From: Actinomycetota bacterium
GTDB lineage: Bacteria > Actinomycetota > UBA4738 > HRBIN12
Length of the DNA stretch: 64,000 nucleotides
Reading direction: 5' to 3'
NCBI GenBank assembly: GCA_046724395.1
Contig: JBKOWM010000020.1
Span: forward strand, 12-64,011
Position 1 is the stretch's first letter. Every line of letters begins with the position of its first letter. This document shows positions 19,314-29,362 of the stretch, piece by piece. Under the pieces are notes generated by a model. The model saw only the letters and a list, made by a program, of their open reading frames with translations, ran no database searches and was not told the DNA's origin. Position numbers and translations under genes: made by a program.

Positions 19314-20420
19314 CTAGCCCTGCACCGACTGCTGCGCCTTCGTGAAGGCGCCGTTGTCGCCGAACACCGTCTGGTCGAGCTCGTCCCAACCACCGATGTC
19401 GTCGGTCGTGAACAGGTCCTGGATCGGCGGGAACATGTCGCCGTCGCCCTTGGCGGCGTCGGCCTGGGCAACCGGACGCTCGTAGCCGACCGACGCGTAG
19501 AGGTCCTTGGCCTCCTTCGTGTGCAGGAACTTGACGAAGGCGTTCGCGATGTCCTCGACGCAGTGGGCCTCGGCGTTCTTGTCGACGACCGCGACCGGGG
19601 TCTGGATGTCGACGGTCGAGGGCGGGATGACCATCTCGTCCGGCAGCCCGGCGGCCTGGGCCTGGAGCACGGCGTACTCGTAGGTGATCGCGACGTCGCC
19701 GTTGCCGGCCTGGAAGTTCTTGATCGAGTCGTTGGCCGACTTGTCCATCACGGTGACGTTGTTGAAGATGCCTTCGAGCAGCTTCTGCGCGTCCTCCGTG
19801 CTGCCCTTGGCGTAGCCCGGAACCTGACCCCGCATGGCGGCTCCGTACGCACCGACGATGTTCCAGCGAGCTCCCCCGCTCTCGGCCGGATCGGGTGTGA
19901 GGATCTGCAGGCCGGGCTGCGCGAGGTCGTCCCAGTTCTGGATGTTCTTGGGGTTGCCGGGGCGCACGTCGAACACGACCGCCGACGAGGCGACGATGCC
20001 GTTCTCCTGCTCGCTCTGCCAGTCGTGGGTGATGAGCCCCGCGTCCTGGATCAGCTGGACGTCCGGCGCGAGCGACAGAGCCACGATGTCCGCCGGGAAG
20101 CCGGCGACGACGTTCTGCGCCTGCGTGGTGCTGCCACCGAACGAGGTCGAGAAGATGACCTGCTGGTCGTCGTGCGCATCCTTCCATTCCGACTGGAAGG
20201 TCGAGATCAGCTTGCCGTAGACGTCGTAGACGTTGCTGTATGCGGCGAGCGTCACGACTGGGCTCTCGCCCGCCGCGCTGCAATCCGGATTGGCGTTCAC
20301 GTTGCTCGCGTTCGCCGTGCCGTCGTCACCGGACGAGCACGCGGCGGCGAGCAGCGCGAACAGCGCGACGACGCCGAGGGCGCGCACGCCTTGGCGTCGG
20401 CCGAGGGGTCGGAAGGCCAT
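19314..20420 (-). CDS. sbp: sulfate/thiosulfate-binding lipoprotein
   Basis: Lipobox 'LLAAACSS'; periplasmic sulfate-binding protein-like sequence. Confidence 0.85.
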   Translation of the reverse strand: MAFRPLGRRQGVRALGVVALFALLAAACSSGDDGTANASNVNANPDCSAAGESPVVTLAAYSNVYDVYGKLISTFQSEWKDAHDDQQVIFSTSFGGSTTQAQNVVAGFPADIVALSLAPDVQLIQDAGLITHDWQSEQENGIVASSAVVFDVRPGNPKNIQNWDDLAQPGLQILTPDPAESGGARWNIVGAYGAAMRGQVPGYAKGSTEDAQKLLEGIFNNVTVMDKSANDSIKNFQAGNGDVAITYEYAVLQAQAAGLPDEMVIPPSTVDIQTPVAVVDKNAEAHCVEDIANAFVKFLHTKEAKDLYASVGYERPVAQADAAKGDGDMFPPIQDLFTTDDIGGWDELDQTVFGDNGAFTKAQQSVQG

Positions 20421-20618
20421 GAGGCTCCTTTCGGGCGGACGGACGGAAAACCGTGTGGCTCGGTCTCCGGTCGTCCGGTCAACCGAAAGGGCTGTATCTA
20501 CCCGGAGCGCCGTTGCGTGCGCGAACCGGGCACGACCTCCGGGTGTCCGGTCGGTCGGCGCATATGCGTATCAGAGGTCGTTCGGCCTCGTCAACGGTTA
20601 TGGCCATCCGGCCGGCGC

Positions 20619-20795
20619 CTACCGAAGACGTATCTTCTCGGCCATCTCGATCTGGACGACCTTGCCGTCCTGCACGACGAGCAGCACCGTGCCGAACCGC
20701 ACCTTCCGAAGCAGACGGACGACCTGCACGATGACCTCCTGCTCGTCCTGCGTGAGCGGGGGAAACTCCTCGTCGGACGGTGTCTGCTCGGCCAT
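20619..20795 (-). CDS. YezD-like small protein (DUF2292)
   Basis: '[37 protein letters not shown]' matches the DUF2292/YezD pattern. 58 aa; sits at the head of the cys operon. Confidence 0.6.
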   Translation of the reverse strand: MAEQTPSDEEFPPLTQDEQEVIVQVVRLLRKVRFGTVLLVVQDGKVVQIEMAEKIRLR

Positions 20796-20897
20796 GCGCG
20801 GCGACGATATCGCATCGTCCCAGGCCGCCCGCGGAAAGGCGGCGCTCACCAACTGCGTCTGTCCGGCATCCGCGCGTTCCCCGGGTACGCTCGTCCC
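20796..20897. promoter_or_regulatory. divergent intergenic region (yezD-like/cys operon vs LLM monooxygenase)
   Basis: About 100-bp gap between divergently oriented starts. Confidence 0.3.
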
Positions 20898-21971
20898 GTG
20901 GAGCTCGGCGTCTATTCATTCGCGGAGCTGCATCCCGTCGCCGGGAGCACCGCCCCGGTCTCTCCCGCGCGCCGCTTGCGCGACCTGCTCGAGGAGATCG
21001 AGCTCGCCGACCGCCTGGGCCTCGACGTCTTCGGCGTCGGCGAACACCACCGACCCGACTTCGCCGTGTCGGCGCCCGCCGTCGTCCTGGGTGCTGCCGC
21101 GGCGAGGACGTCAGGGATCCGGCTCACCAGCGCGGTGACCGTCCTCAGCTCCGACGACCCGGTTCGCGTCTTCGAGGCCTTCGCGACTGTGGATCTGCTG
21201 TCGGGCGGGCGCACCGAGATCATGGCCGGGCGCGGATCGTTCATCGAATCGTTCCCGTTGTTCGGCTACGACCTGCAGGACTACGACGCCCTGTTCGCCG
21301 AGAAGCTGGAACTGCTGCTCCGGCTTCGCCAGGACGAACGCGTGAGCTGGTCTGGACGGTTCCGCCCACCGCTCTCGGGACAGAGCGTGTTTCCCAGATC
21401 CGTCCAGCAGCCGATCCCCGTCTGGATCGCCGTCGGCGGGAACCCGGAGTCAGCGATCCGTGCCGGACGTCTGGGGCTGCCGATGGCGCTCGCGATCATC
21501 GGCGGGCTGCCCGAGCGGTTCGCGGTGTTTGCGGACCTTCATCGGGCCGCGGCCCGCGAGGCGGGCCTCGATCCGGTTCCGCGGCTCAGCATCAACTCGC
21601 ACGGCTACATCGCCGAGACGTCACGCCGCGCGCTCGACGAATCCTTTCCCGGCGTCGCCGCCGCCATGAACAAGATCGGCCGCGAGCGGGGATGGCCGCC
21701 GATGACTCGACACGATTACGAGGCGGGCGCCGGGCTGCGGGGCGCGAATTTCGTCGGCGCGCCGGAGCAGGTTGTCGAGAAGATCCTGTTCCAGCACCAG
21801 ATCTTCGGGCATGACCGGTTCCTACTGCAGTTCACCGTGGGCTCGATGCCGCATGAAATGACGATGCGCTCGATCGAGCTGTTCGCGAACGAGGTCGCGC
21901 CCGCGGTGCGACGCGAGCTCGACCGCTCGGCCGTCGAGACCGGGCGGCTACCGGCTAGTCCGGACCCCTAG
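20898..21971 (+). CDS. LLM-class (luciferase-like) flavin-dependent monooxygenase
   Basis: TIM-barrel LLM pattern '[12 protein letters not shown]', '[12 protein letters not shown]', '[15 protein letters not shown]'. GTG start; the upstream part of the 816-aa ORF is antisense to sbp. Confidence 0.8.
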   Translation: MELGVYSFAELHPVAGSTAPVSPARRLRDLLEEIELADRLGLDVFGVGEHHRPDFAVSAPAVVLGAAAARTSGIRLTSAVTVLSSDDPVRVFEAFATVDLLSGGRTEIMAGRGSFIESFPLFGYDLQDYDALFAEKLELLLRLRQDERVSWSGRFRPPLSGQSVFPRSVQQPIPVWIAVGGNPESAIRAGRLGLPMALAIIGGLPERFAVFADLHRAAAREAGLDPVPRLSINSHGYIAETSRRALDESFPGVAAAMNKIGRERGWPPMTRHDYEAGAGLRGANFVGAPEQVVEKILFQHQIFGHDRFLLQFTVGSMPHEMTMRSIELFANEVAPAVRRELDRSAVETGRLPASPDP

Positions 21972-22171
21972 CTCGCCCTGCCCCACCGGCCGCGCTCGTC
22001 GCCTTCGTCCGCCGCCACCTCGTCCATGATTGCGCGGAGCTTGGCGTGCGCGACGGGGCGGGTCTTGCGGTTGAACCACAGCGGCGGATATCGGTCGTCC
22101 TCGAAGTGAATCGTGATGTCGTCGTCCTTCTCGATGAGCGTCACACCTATCTTCGCGACTCGCCTGGACAT
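21968..22171 (-). CDS. hypothetical small protein (67 aa)
   Basis: SD 'GGGAGGAG' 6 nt before ATG 22171. Product [67 protein letters not shown]. Confidence 0.4.
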   Translation of the reverse strand: MSRRVAKIGVTLIEKDDDITIHFEDDRYPPLWFNRKTRPVAHAKLRAIMDEVAADEGDERGRWGRAS

Positions 22172-22327
22172 TCGCGGCTCCTCCCGAAAGCCGAGCGGCT
22201 TCTCCCCGCCTACCCCGCGGTTCTCGCCGTCACACGCCCTCGGATCCGCACGCACGCACGCGGCCGCCGCGGCGGCTCAGGGTCCCCTCCTACCGGTTCG
22301 CCGCCAGCTCGGGAGGATGATGCGGGA

Positions 22328-23623
22328 GTGCCGCGAAGCCGCGACGGCCATGCGCCGCATTCCACTGGGGGGCAGGCATACCGCGCCGCGCTCCGCGGGT
22401 TCGGCTTCTTCCGGCATCTGGGTCCCGGATTCGTCACGGGGGCCGCCGACGACGACCCGGCGGGCATCGGGACGTATTCGCAGGTGGGTTCGCTGTTCCG
22501 CTTCGACCTCGTATGGACAGCCCCGTTCTCGTTTCCCCTCGCCTCCGCCGTGCAGGAGACCGCCGCCCGCCTGGGGCTCGCGACGGGCAGGGGTCTCGTG
22601 GCGCTCATCAAGGAGCGCTTTCCGCGACCGATTCTTTGGCTCGCGGTTGTTCTCGTCGTGGCCGCGAACACGTTCAACATCGGCGCGGATCTCGGGTCGA
22701 TGGCGGCGTCGTTCCGGCTGCTGATCCCGCTGCCGTACCCGGTCCTCGTTTTCGCGTTCGCCGTCGTGATCCTCGCGCTCGAGGTGTTGGTGCCGTACGA
22801 ACGCTATTCGTTGATCCTGCGGTGGCTGGCGCTGTCGATCGTCGTGTACGTCATCGAGCTCTTCGTGATCGACGTCGACTGGTCGCAGGTCGCGGCGGGA
22901 TTCATCCCGCGCCTGCGGGCGGACGCGAGCTACATCCAGGCGATCGTCGCGATCTTCGGGACGACCATCTCGCCGTACCTGTTCGTCTGGCAGGCCGGGG
23001 AGGAGGTCGAGGAGCGCAAGGCGGAACGGATCCGCCGCGTCGACGCCAAGGAGCTCCGGCTGATGCGTATCGACGTGATCTCCGGGATGGCCGCCGGAAT
23101 TCTGGTGATGTTCGCGATCATGGTTACGTCGGGCTCGACTCTGGGGGCCACCGGCGGCCGGTCGATCCAGACGGCGTCTGAGGCCGCGCGCGCCCTCGAA
23201 CCGCTCGCCGGCGGACTGGCGTCGACCGTGTTCGCGCTCGGCATCGTCGGGACCGGGCTGCTCGCGATCCCAACGCTCGCCGGCTCGGCGGCGTACGCGC
23301 TCGCCGAAGCCGCCGGCTGGAAGGAGGGGCTGAGCCGCAAGCCCTCGGACGCTCGCGCCTTCTACAGCGTCATCGCTATCGCGATGCTCGTCGGGGTAAT
23401 GCTGAATTTCGTCGGGATCGACCCGATCCACGCGCTCTATCTCTCGGCGGTCCTGAACGGGCTCGCCGCGCCTCCCCTCATCCTGATGATGCTCATCCTG
23501 TCGAACTCGGCGGCAGTCGGCCGGCGCAAAGGTGGACGGCTGTCCGACGCGCTGGTGGGCATTGCGTTCCTCGTGATGACGGCCGCGGCGCTCACCTATC
23601 TCGTCGGCCTGCTGACGAGCTGA
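22328..23623 (+). CDS. mntH: Nramp-family divalent metal (Mn2+/Fe2+) transporter
   Basis: 'GPGFVTGAADDDPAGIGTYSQVG' Nramp signature; 11 predicted TM segments. Start is uncertain (GTG 22328 after 'GGGAGGA'); the upstream extension overlaps the convergent small gene. Confidence 0.8.
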   Translation: MPRSRDGHAPHSTGGQAYRAALRGFGFFRHLGPGFVTGAADDDPAGIGTYSQVGSLFRFDLVWTAPFSFPLASAVQETAARLGLATGRGLVALIKERFPRPILWLAVVLVVAANTFNIGADLGSMAASFRLLIPLPYPVLVFAFAVVILALEVLVPYERYSLILRWLALSIVVYVIELFVIDVDWSQVAAGFIPRLRADASYIQAIVAIFGTTISPYLFVWQAGEEVEERKAERIRRVDAKELRLMRIDVISGMAAGILVMFAIMVTSGSTLGATGGRSIQTASEAARALEPLAGGLASTVFALGIVGTGLLAIPTLAGSAAYALAEAAGWKEGLSRKPSDARAFYSVIAIAMLVGVMLNFVGIDPIHALYLSAVLNGLAAPPLILMMLILSNSAAVGRRKGGRLSDALVGIAFLVMTAAALTYLVGLLTS

Positions 23624-23637
23624 AGATGCGGGACGAA

Positions 23638-23668
23638 GGGACCCCGGTGCCGCCGGGGTCCCTTTCCC
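23638..23668. terminator. bidirectional intrinsic terminator
   Basis: GGGACCCCGG-tgcc-gCCGGGGTCCC hairpin followed by TTTCCC, between the convergent Nramp and protease genes. Confidence 0.5.
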
Positions 23669-23700
23669 TCCAGCCTCTCGGTTTTGGCATTACAGCGTGG

Positions 23701-24657
23701 CTATGGCGTGATACCGAACGATGCGAGGAACGCCAGATCGTCCGGCTGGTCGAGCCGGTACGCCCCGCCGACGCCCGTGCAGTTGAGGTTTTGGCCCTGC
23801 CCGAACGACGTCACCGCGAGGACCAGGTGCGAGCTCGTGTCGTCGAACGTTGGGCCACCCGAGTCGCCGAAGCACGTACCGCCGGGGTGCGGGACGCCCG
23901 GGTTGTTCGACAGCACTATGTAATCGTCCGGCGGCGAGCTGTTGAGGGAGTTCAGCTTCACCTCGCCCTTCAGTCGGACGTCACCGCCCTCCTCGGTGAA
24001 CGGGCCGCTCTCCGTCAGCCCATACCCCACGACCTCGAAGAGATGGTGCGGGTCGGACTGATACCGGTCGATGTAGTCGAGCGTGGGGATCGTCCCGTAC
24101 TCGCCGACGGAAAGCCCGTCGTTCAGGACGACCACGCCGGCGTCGTGCACGTAGAAGAGCTCGTCGTCGTACTGCGGGTGAGGGTGCGCGGTGCCACGAT
24201 GCCAATACGGGCTCGCGTTCAACCAGTCGGCCCGGTCCTCATACCGCTGCTGGTTCTCGTCGGGGCCGTAGTTCGAGCTCGGCGGGAACCCCTCGAAATG
24301 CGCGTGCTCGCTGTTGTCGAACCAGATGTCGTTGCCGCCCGATCCGTCGTCGCCGCCCGTCGTGGTCGACTCGCCGTTCCTGCCGACGCCGAACGTGCAG
24401 TGCCCGGCGGTGACGATCACGGTCGGCGACAGCATCGTCGCCGAGCAGGTGAACCAGCCGCCCGGGTCGTTGAAGCGACTGTCGATGTAGTCCGGGTTGT
24501 ACCAGAGCAACTCGCCGACGTACGGATGCTCGCCTGCATCGGGTACTCCTGTGGTGATGGCGGACGCAGGAAGGCCTGCGCCACAGTGGGTCCGTCGCAC
24601 CGTCGCGCTTCGTTTCGCGTGGGACGCGTCGGTGAGCGTCTCGACTCCCGTACGCAA
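23701..24657 (-). CDS. trypsin-like serine protease (S1 family)
   Basis: Catalytic His 'TAGHC' and Ser 'GDSGGP'. N-terminus and signal peptide are unclear. Confidence 0.8.
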   Translation of the reverse strand: MRTGVETLTDASHAKRSATVRRTHCGAGLPASAITTGVPDAGEHPYVGELLWYNPDYIDSRFNDPGGWFTCSATMLSPTVIVTAGHCTFGVGRNGESTTTGGDDGSGGNDIWFDNSEHAHFEGFPPSSNYGPDENQQRYEDRADWLNASPYWHRGTAHPHPQYDDELFYVHDAGVVVLNDGLSVGEYGTIPTLDYIDRYQSDPHHLFEVVGYGLTESGPFTEEGGDVRLKGEVKLNSLNSSPPDDYIVLSNNPGVPHPGGTCFGDSGGPTFDDTSSHLVLAVTSFGQGQNLNCTGVGGAYRLDQPDDLAFLASFGITP

Positions 24658-24755
24658 ACGTACCGAGGAAATCTAGTCATCCGCACCGATATTCGGGCGA
24701 CATCGCCATCTCATACGTTGGCGCCACTCTTCGGCTCCATGTTGGGAGGTGAACG

Positions 24756-24926
24756 ATGAAGGCCTTGAAGCGTGGTGTCGCGGTCCTGGTGCTGACCGGG
24801 GCGATCGGCAGCTTCGCTACCGCTGCCTGGGCCAACCCGCCGCCGCCGACGAACGGCGGAAACGGCGCTGGGTCAAGCGGCCAGTGCACGGGCAACCCGG
24901 ACGGCCGCCCGGCATCTTGTCACTGA
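24756..24926 (+). CDS. small secreted peptide precursor (56 aa; mature about 30 aa with two Cys)
   Basis: SD 'GGGAGGTG' 5 nt before ATG. Signal peptide MKALKRGVAVLVLTGAIGSFATAAWA with an AXA cleavage site; mature NPPPPTNGGNGAGSSGQCTGNPDGRPASCH. Followed by an intrinsic terminator. Absent from the ORF track because it is under 60 aa. Confidence 0.5.
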   Translation: MKALKRGVAVLVLTGAIGSFATAAWANPPPPTNGGNGAGSSGQCTGNPDGRPASCH

Positions 24927-24939
24927 GCGCGCGCGGAGA

Positions 24940-24976
24940 AAGGCCCCGTCTCGACCGCGGGACGGGGCCTTTTCCT
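24940..24976 (+). terminator. rho-independent terminator
   Basis: GGCCCCGTC-tcgaccgcgg-GACGGGGCC followed by TTTTCC. Confidence 0.6.
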
Positions 24977-25785
24977 TGGCTCTTTCGGCTCTCGGGAACC
25001 TCAGCACCGTTGGACGATTCGCTCCGCGACCCGCCGGCGCGCGTCAGCGTCGGCGGCATCACCGCCGGCATCCGTGGTGTGAACGTCAGCCAGACGCGGC
25101 GGTGCGGACACGGACGGCATCACGCTCTTCGTTGGCCGTCGCCCGGCCTAGGTAACGGACGACGGAGTCGCCGTGTCTGGTGGCGTGCAACTCCACCTCG
25201 TCGTACGAATGCGCCGGGTGCTCGGCAACGCCCATGAGGGCGCTCTGTGCCGGTCAGCGAAGAACGTCAAGATGCACGACGGGAGTGCATTTGTCGGACG
25301 CACGACCTCGCCGCTGCCCGACAGCGGCCGACGCGCCGGGTGGCCGCGGACGTCTCGTCCTTTATCTCGCCGGAACCCATGCCGAATCAATACGGGAAGA
25401 CATCGTCGCCCGCCACGCAGAGGCACCCGGAAGGCGAATGCGCTACTGCTTCACGCACCACGAGGTTTGGGACACCCACCACCGTGACGACGCCTGCTCC
25501 GACGTCCTCGACCTGGGCGGCCAGCACGATCCGGCCGAGCTGAACCGCGCAGCGCCGATGTATGCGATTGCGATGGCTTCCCGGGGTCGGCCGCGACGAG
25601 GCACTCGTTCTGCAAGAGGTCGCCGCCACGCCTGAACCTGGTGTTCTCCGCTCCTGCCGGGTTTCGCCTTGGGACGAGCACCGGGACTCAGCCCTTGTGA
25701 GGACCAGGGACCGTCCCGTCCGGGAGGATTTCACGAAGCTGCCCAGAAGGAGCGGCGGGCCGGTCCCGTGGATTGATACCTCCGA

Positions 25786-25941
25786 TCACGTCGCCGACCA
25801 GACGTCGTAGTTCCAGTGGCCCATCGGGTAGCCCTGCGCACTGACCGCCTGAGGCGCCGTGTCGTGGTCCCACCCGGCCGGCGACTCCATGGCCGAGACC
25901 CGATCCCAGCGCTTCCAAAGCCTTAGGAACGCACCCTGCAT
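25786..25941 (-). pseudogene. ECF sigma factor fragment (region 2 only)
   Basis: 'MQGAFLRLWKRWDRVSAMESPAGW' parallels 'MVRVYERWDRVRQMGSPQGY' of the intact sigma at 30567..31100; no region 4. Confidence 0.3.
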
Positions 25942-26211
25942 GACCCCTCGGCCTCGGCGCGGTTCCCGCTCATGACGGCGAGCGCACCGAACAGCCTCCT
26001 GCTCTCGGCCTCGAAGAAGCGCTCGAACGAGGGAGCGGCATCGCGCGGTCCCGTCCTCTGTGGGGCTGACCGGAGACGGAACGGATCGGACTAGGCATCG
26101 TCGAACATGAACCCCCACCACACCTTGAAGGCTTACGTGCCGCTATCAATCGGCAGGAGGAGCGCGCCCGGCGCCATCCGGAGACGTGCCGACGGCCCCG
26201 CCGAAGCGAGC

Positions 26212-26579
26212 TCACGAAGACTCTTCAGATGCCGCGCCCTCCGGGCGCGGTTGCCACGGCCAGCGGGCCTCCGTCTCCACCTGAAGGGCCACGCTGAGGA
26301 ACGTACGGATGACGACGATCAGACCCAGCACGCCCACGCTTTCGAACGTCGGCGAGATGGCGACGGTTCGGATGATGTCGCCCGCCACGAGGAACTCCAA
26401 GCCGAGAAGGATGGCTCGCCCCAGCGCGCGGCGATAGGCGACGAAGCGTCGGCCGACCACCCGGCAACGGCTCGACGGACATACGCAACGGTCGCGACGG
26501 CAGCGCCGACCACGATGATCACTATTCCGGTGATGTCGACGGCCTTGCCAAGGGCTTCGACGAGCTCGTTCACGTTCAT
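26212..26579 (-). pseudogene. DUF1622-family membrane protein, frameshifted
   Basis: SD 'GGGAGGT' + ATG 26579 gives MNVNELVEALGKAVDITGIVIIVVGAAVATVAYVRR. The conserved C-terminal part 'AILLGLEFLVAGDIIRTV...' continues in another frame; the joint is near 26440-26470. Confidence 0.55.
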
Positions 26580-27744
26580 CGATACCTCCCAAACAGTCCG
26601 AAACATCGGACTGTCACGTGTCCGGAGAAGCCCAACACTGCTCGGCGTGCACCGCAACTGAGCGACGGCCCAGATCGTTCGCTACCGTCGATAGGACGTC
26701 ATATCGAGGCCCGACCTGTCGGCGGGTGGATCGATTCATCGACCCCTATGCGAAGCCCGAGATATGGAAGCTCCGCGCCGCGCCCGCCTGCGTCGCTTGC
26801 TCGATGTCATCGTGCCGCGGAACCGCTCGGTGAGCGTGCGAGGATCTCATCCACACCCCGCCGACAGCTTCCTCTCAGTGATGCCTCCCCGGGCGGGAGC
26901 CTGCCGTTTGTGGACGATTCAGGAGCGAGCGGCGGGCATCCCTTCGTCCCTGGACATCGTCATTCACCCGAGGAGGCGGACCGGCGCGAGGCGGACTACG
27001 ATCACCGGAGGGACCGAGCCTGTGCGTCGGCGGGCCCCGTCGCGACACTTGAGCGGGTGGAGGTGGACCGTGCCGAAGATACAGGGCGTCTCCAAGGCAC
27101 AGGCGAGCTATCGTCGCGCGACGAAACCAACGATCCGGTGCGGCGATTGCCGGTTTATGTGGCCGCGACTATCCGTCGGCGGCTGCCGGTACGTCCGTGG
27201 CCTGATCCACGCTGACGACGTCTGCGATCTCTTCGCTCCCGCGGCGACCAAACGTCCGTAGCCCACGACGTGTTCGAGAGGATCGGCTGACTCGCTCCCC
27301 TCCCCGCGACATGCCGAGTAACAACACCCCCGGGCAAGGATCGTCGTCGAGCGACAAGCGGATCGTCGCGGCGCCGACGGGAACCACGGGCCGAGCTCCG
27401 GCGTCGATGTGGCATCGGGGCACCTCAAAGAGGGCATCCCGTCTGCGTGGGCGGCGCTCACGCCCATTATGTTTCTCGGTAGCCGAGGGCTGAGTACAGC
27501 TTTCGAGCGGCGTCATTCGACAGGTGCGAGCATCACCAAGCGGCGCCCTCGCCCACGCCTCGATGGCGTTCATCAAGAGCGTCCCGAGCCGGTGCGCTGC
27601 CGTCGCGCGCAACGATCAGTTCATGTCCGGGACGAGCCTAGCGACACACGGCTCGCCTGCGCGTGCGTTCAGATATGTCACCCAAGCCGGTCGGGCCCAG
27701 GCGGCGCTGGACGCTGAAGCGCGGAGACGGCGAGGATAACGACG

Positions 27745-28248
27745 ATGTTGTCGTGGTCGGAGTTCGCATCCGACGAGCCTGCCATGGCCGCCGCCGGGGC
27801 AGCACTCTTGTATCAATTCGGCGGCGTCGGTCTTGCGTTTCTCGCGACCACACGAGGAGACGGGGGTCCGAGAGTGCATCCGGTGTGTCCCATCTTCCAT
27901 AACGGACAGCTTTGGGGCTTTCTGATCCAAAGTCCGAAACGGCACGACCTTCATCGCGACCCACGCTATGCGATGCACTGCTATCCTCCCGAAAACAACG
28001 AGAACGCCTTCTACATCACCGGAGTCGCGCGAGCGGTCGCGGACGATGCCGTTCGGAAGGCCGTCGCCACTACGTTTCTCGCAGAACGATCGTGGTCGAC
28101 TCCGCCACCAGAGTTCGGCCAACAGGAACTGTTCGAGTTCCTGATCCAGCGTGCCCTGCTCACTACCACGGACGGGCATGGCGATCCACATCCGCGCCAC
28201 CGTGTGTGGAAGGCGGAACGCGGACCTTCTACAGCGTCTGGAGGATGA
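27745..28248 (+). CDS. pyridoxamine 5'-phosphate oxidase-family (FMN/F420-binding split-barrel) protein
   Basis: SD GAGGA + ATG. 'LATTRGDGGPRVHPVCPIFHNGQLWGFL' and 'HRDPRYAMHCYPPENNENAFYITGVARAV' match the PNPOx-like family. Confidence 0.6.
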   Translation: MLSWSEFASDEPAMAAAGAALLYQFGGVGLAFLATTRGDGGPRVHPVCPIFHNGQLWGFLIQSPKRHDLHRDPRYAMHCYPPENNENAFYITGVARAVADDAVRKAVATTFLAERSWSTPPPEFGQQELFEFLIQRALLTTTDGHGDPHPRHRVWKAERGPSTASGG

Positions 28249-28539
28249 CGCACGCGATCGAGGCCTGGTCACCCTGGTTGGGCGAGGATTCAGATGTACC
28301 TCGACGCGTCTTGCCTACCTGCTCCGCCAGGGTCAGAGCCACACTTCACCCATTTGCATGACGGCGCCATGCGTGTGGGAGATCGGGTCGGAACGGTACG
28401 TGAAAGGGACGTTAAGGAAGTTGGTCTGCAGTGGCTGGCAACCCTATATGAACGGCAGGCGTTAGGCTGAGACTGGACGCCATTCACAAAGCATTCTGCT
28501 TCGTTCAGTCATCCCGTACGTATGGAGGGTCCTTGAGGG

Positions 28540-29007
28540 ATGAAGCCGGACATCAGCTATGCCCGGAATGGCGATGTAGCACTCGCGTACCAGATCCTGG
28601 GCGACGGCCCAACTGACCTGCTACTCCTGATCGGGTACCTGTCGAACTTAGAGTACGCGTGGGAGTACCCCTCGAGGGCCGCGTTCTTGACGCGGCTTAG
28701 ACACGGCCGCCGCCTCATCCTCATGGATCGGAGGGGTTCAGGCCTATCAGATCCGTTTCCTCCGAATCAGGCTCCGCCGCTTGAGACGCTTACGGATGAC
28801 GTCCGCGCCGTTCTCGATGCGGCCGGCTCTGCCCGGACGGCCTTACTTGGGGTGTGGGATGGGTGTCTGGCGGCAACGCTGTTCGCCGCGACATACCCAG
28901 ACCGGGTGACGTCCCTGATGCTGTTCAGCGGTAATCCACATGGAACTCTCGACGAGGCAACTGTCGTCGCCGACAGTCGAGCATCCATCCATGGTGATAA
29001 CTCATAG
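28540..29007 (+). pseudogene. alpha/beta-hydrolase, C-terminally truncated
   Basis: 'LLLLIGYLSNLEYAW...LILMDRRGSGLSDP...ALLGVWDGCLAATLFAATYPDRVTSLMLFSG' is the N-terminal half of the fold; it stops at 155 aa and is followed by non-coding junk. Confidence 0.5.
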
Positions 29008-29362
29008 ACCCGAAGCCAAGCGGGCCACTTCCGGCAACGAAGGCCGTGCTCTTTGGGGGAACAGCGACCGACCGAGCATACCGCTACCCTGACCGCCAGC
29101 CCTCCCCGATGGCTCCACGATCTTCCCCGCGTGGCTTCGCATGCTCCGACTGTCATTAGCGGTGACCACACGCAGCACGCCAACAGAGACAGTGGTAACT
29201 CACAGGCCCTGTGACCTCTCCCGTAGCCAAGCTTAGGCCTGAGCGGGCAAGGGGCACTCGCACATCAAGAGCGAATTGGGCGACCGGGGCCTTGGCCAAG
29301 ACGTCCGAATGGGTCTTCATCCAGGGTCTTGCCCGCCGTGGATCAGCACGCTGCTCGGTTCC

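Noticed and set aside
15406-20283. Six-frame ORFs of 728, 634 and 619 aa suggesting giant genes
   Set aside because: Each is a read-through of an upstream out-of-frame region joined to a real transporter gene. The real starts are at the internal Met (16464, 18425, 19311) with stop/start overlaps. N-terminal portions are Arg-rich junk.
19521-20897. N-terminal 460 aa of the 816-aa plus-strand ORF
   Set aside because: Antisense to sbp. Only the C-terminal part (from GTG 20898) has luciferase-like monooxygenase motifs.
22046-22327. Upstream part of the 525-aa Nramp ORF
   Set aside because: It would overlap the convergent small gene and has no Nramp similarity. The start was moved to GTG 22328, close to the conserved GPGF motif.
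25000-28500. Numerous 60-170 aa ORFs on both strands in the low-density region
   Set aside because: No motifs, no RBS, and they overlap one another. Only the DUF1622 relic, the ECF fragment and the PNPOx-like gene had support.
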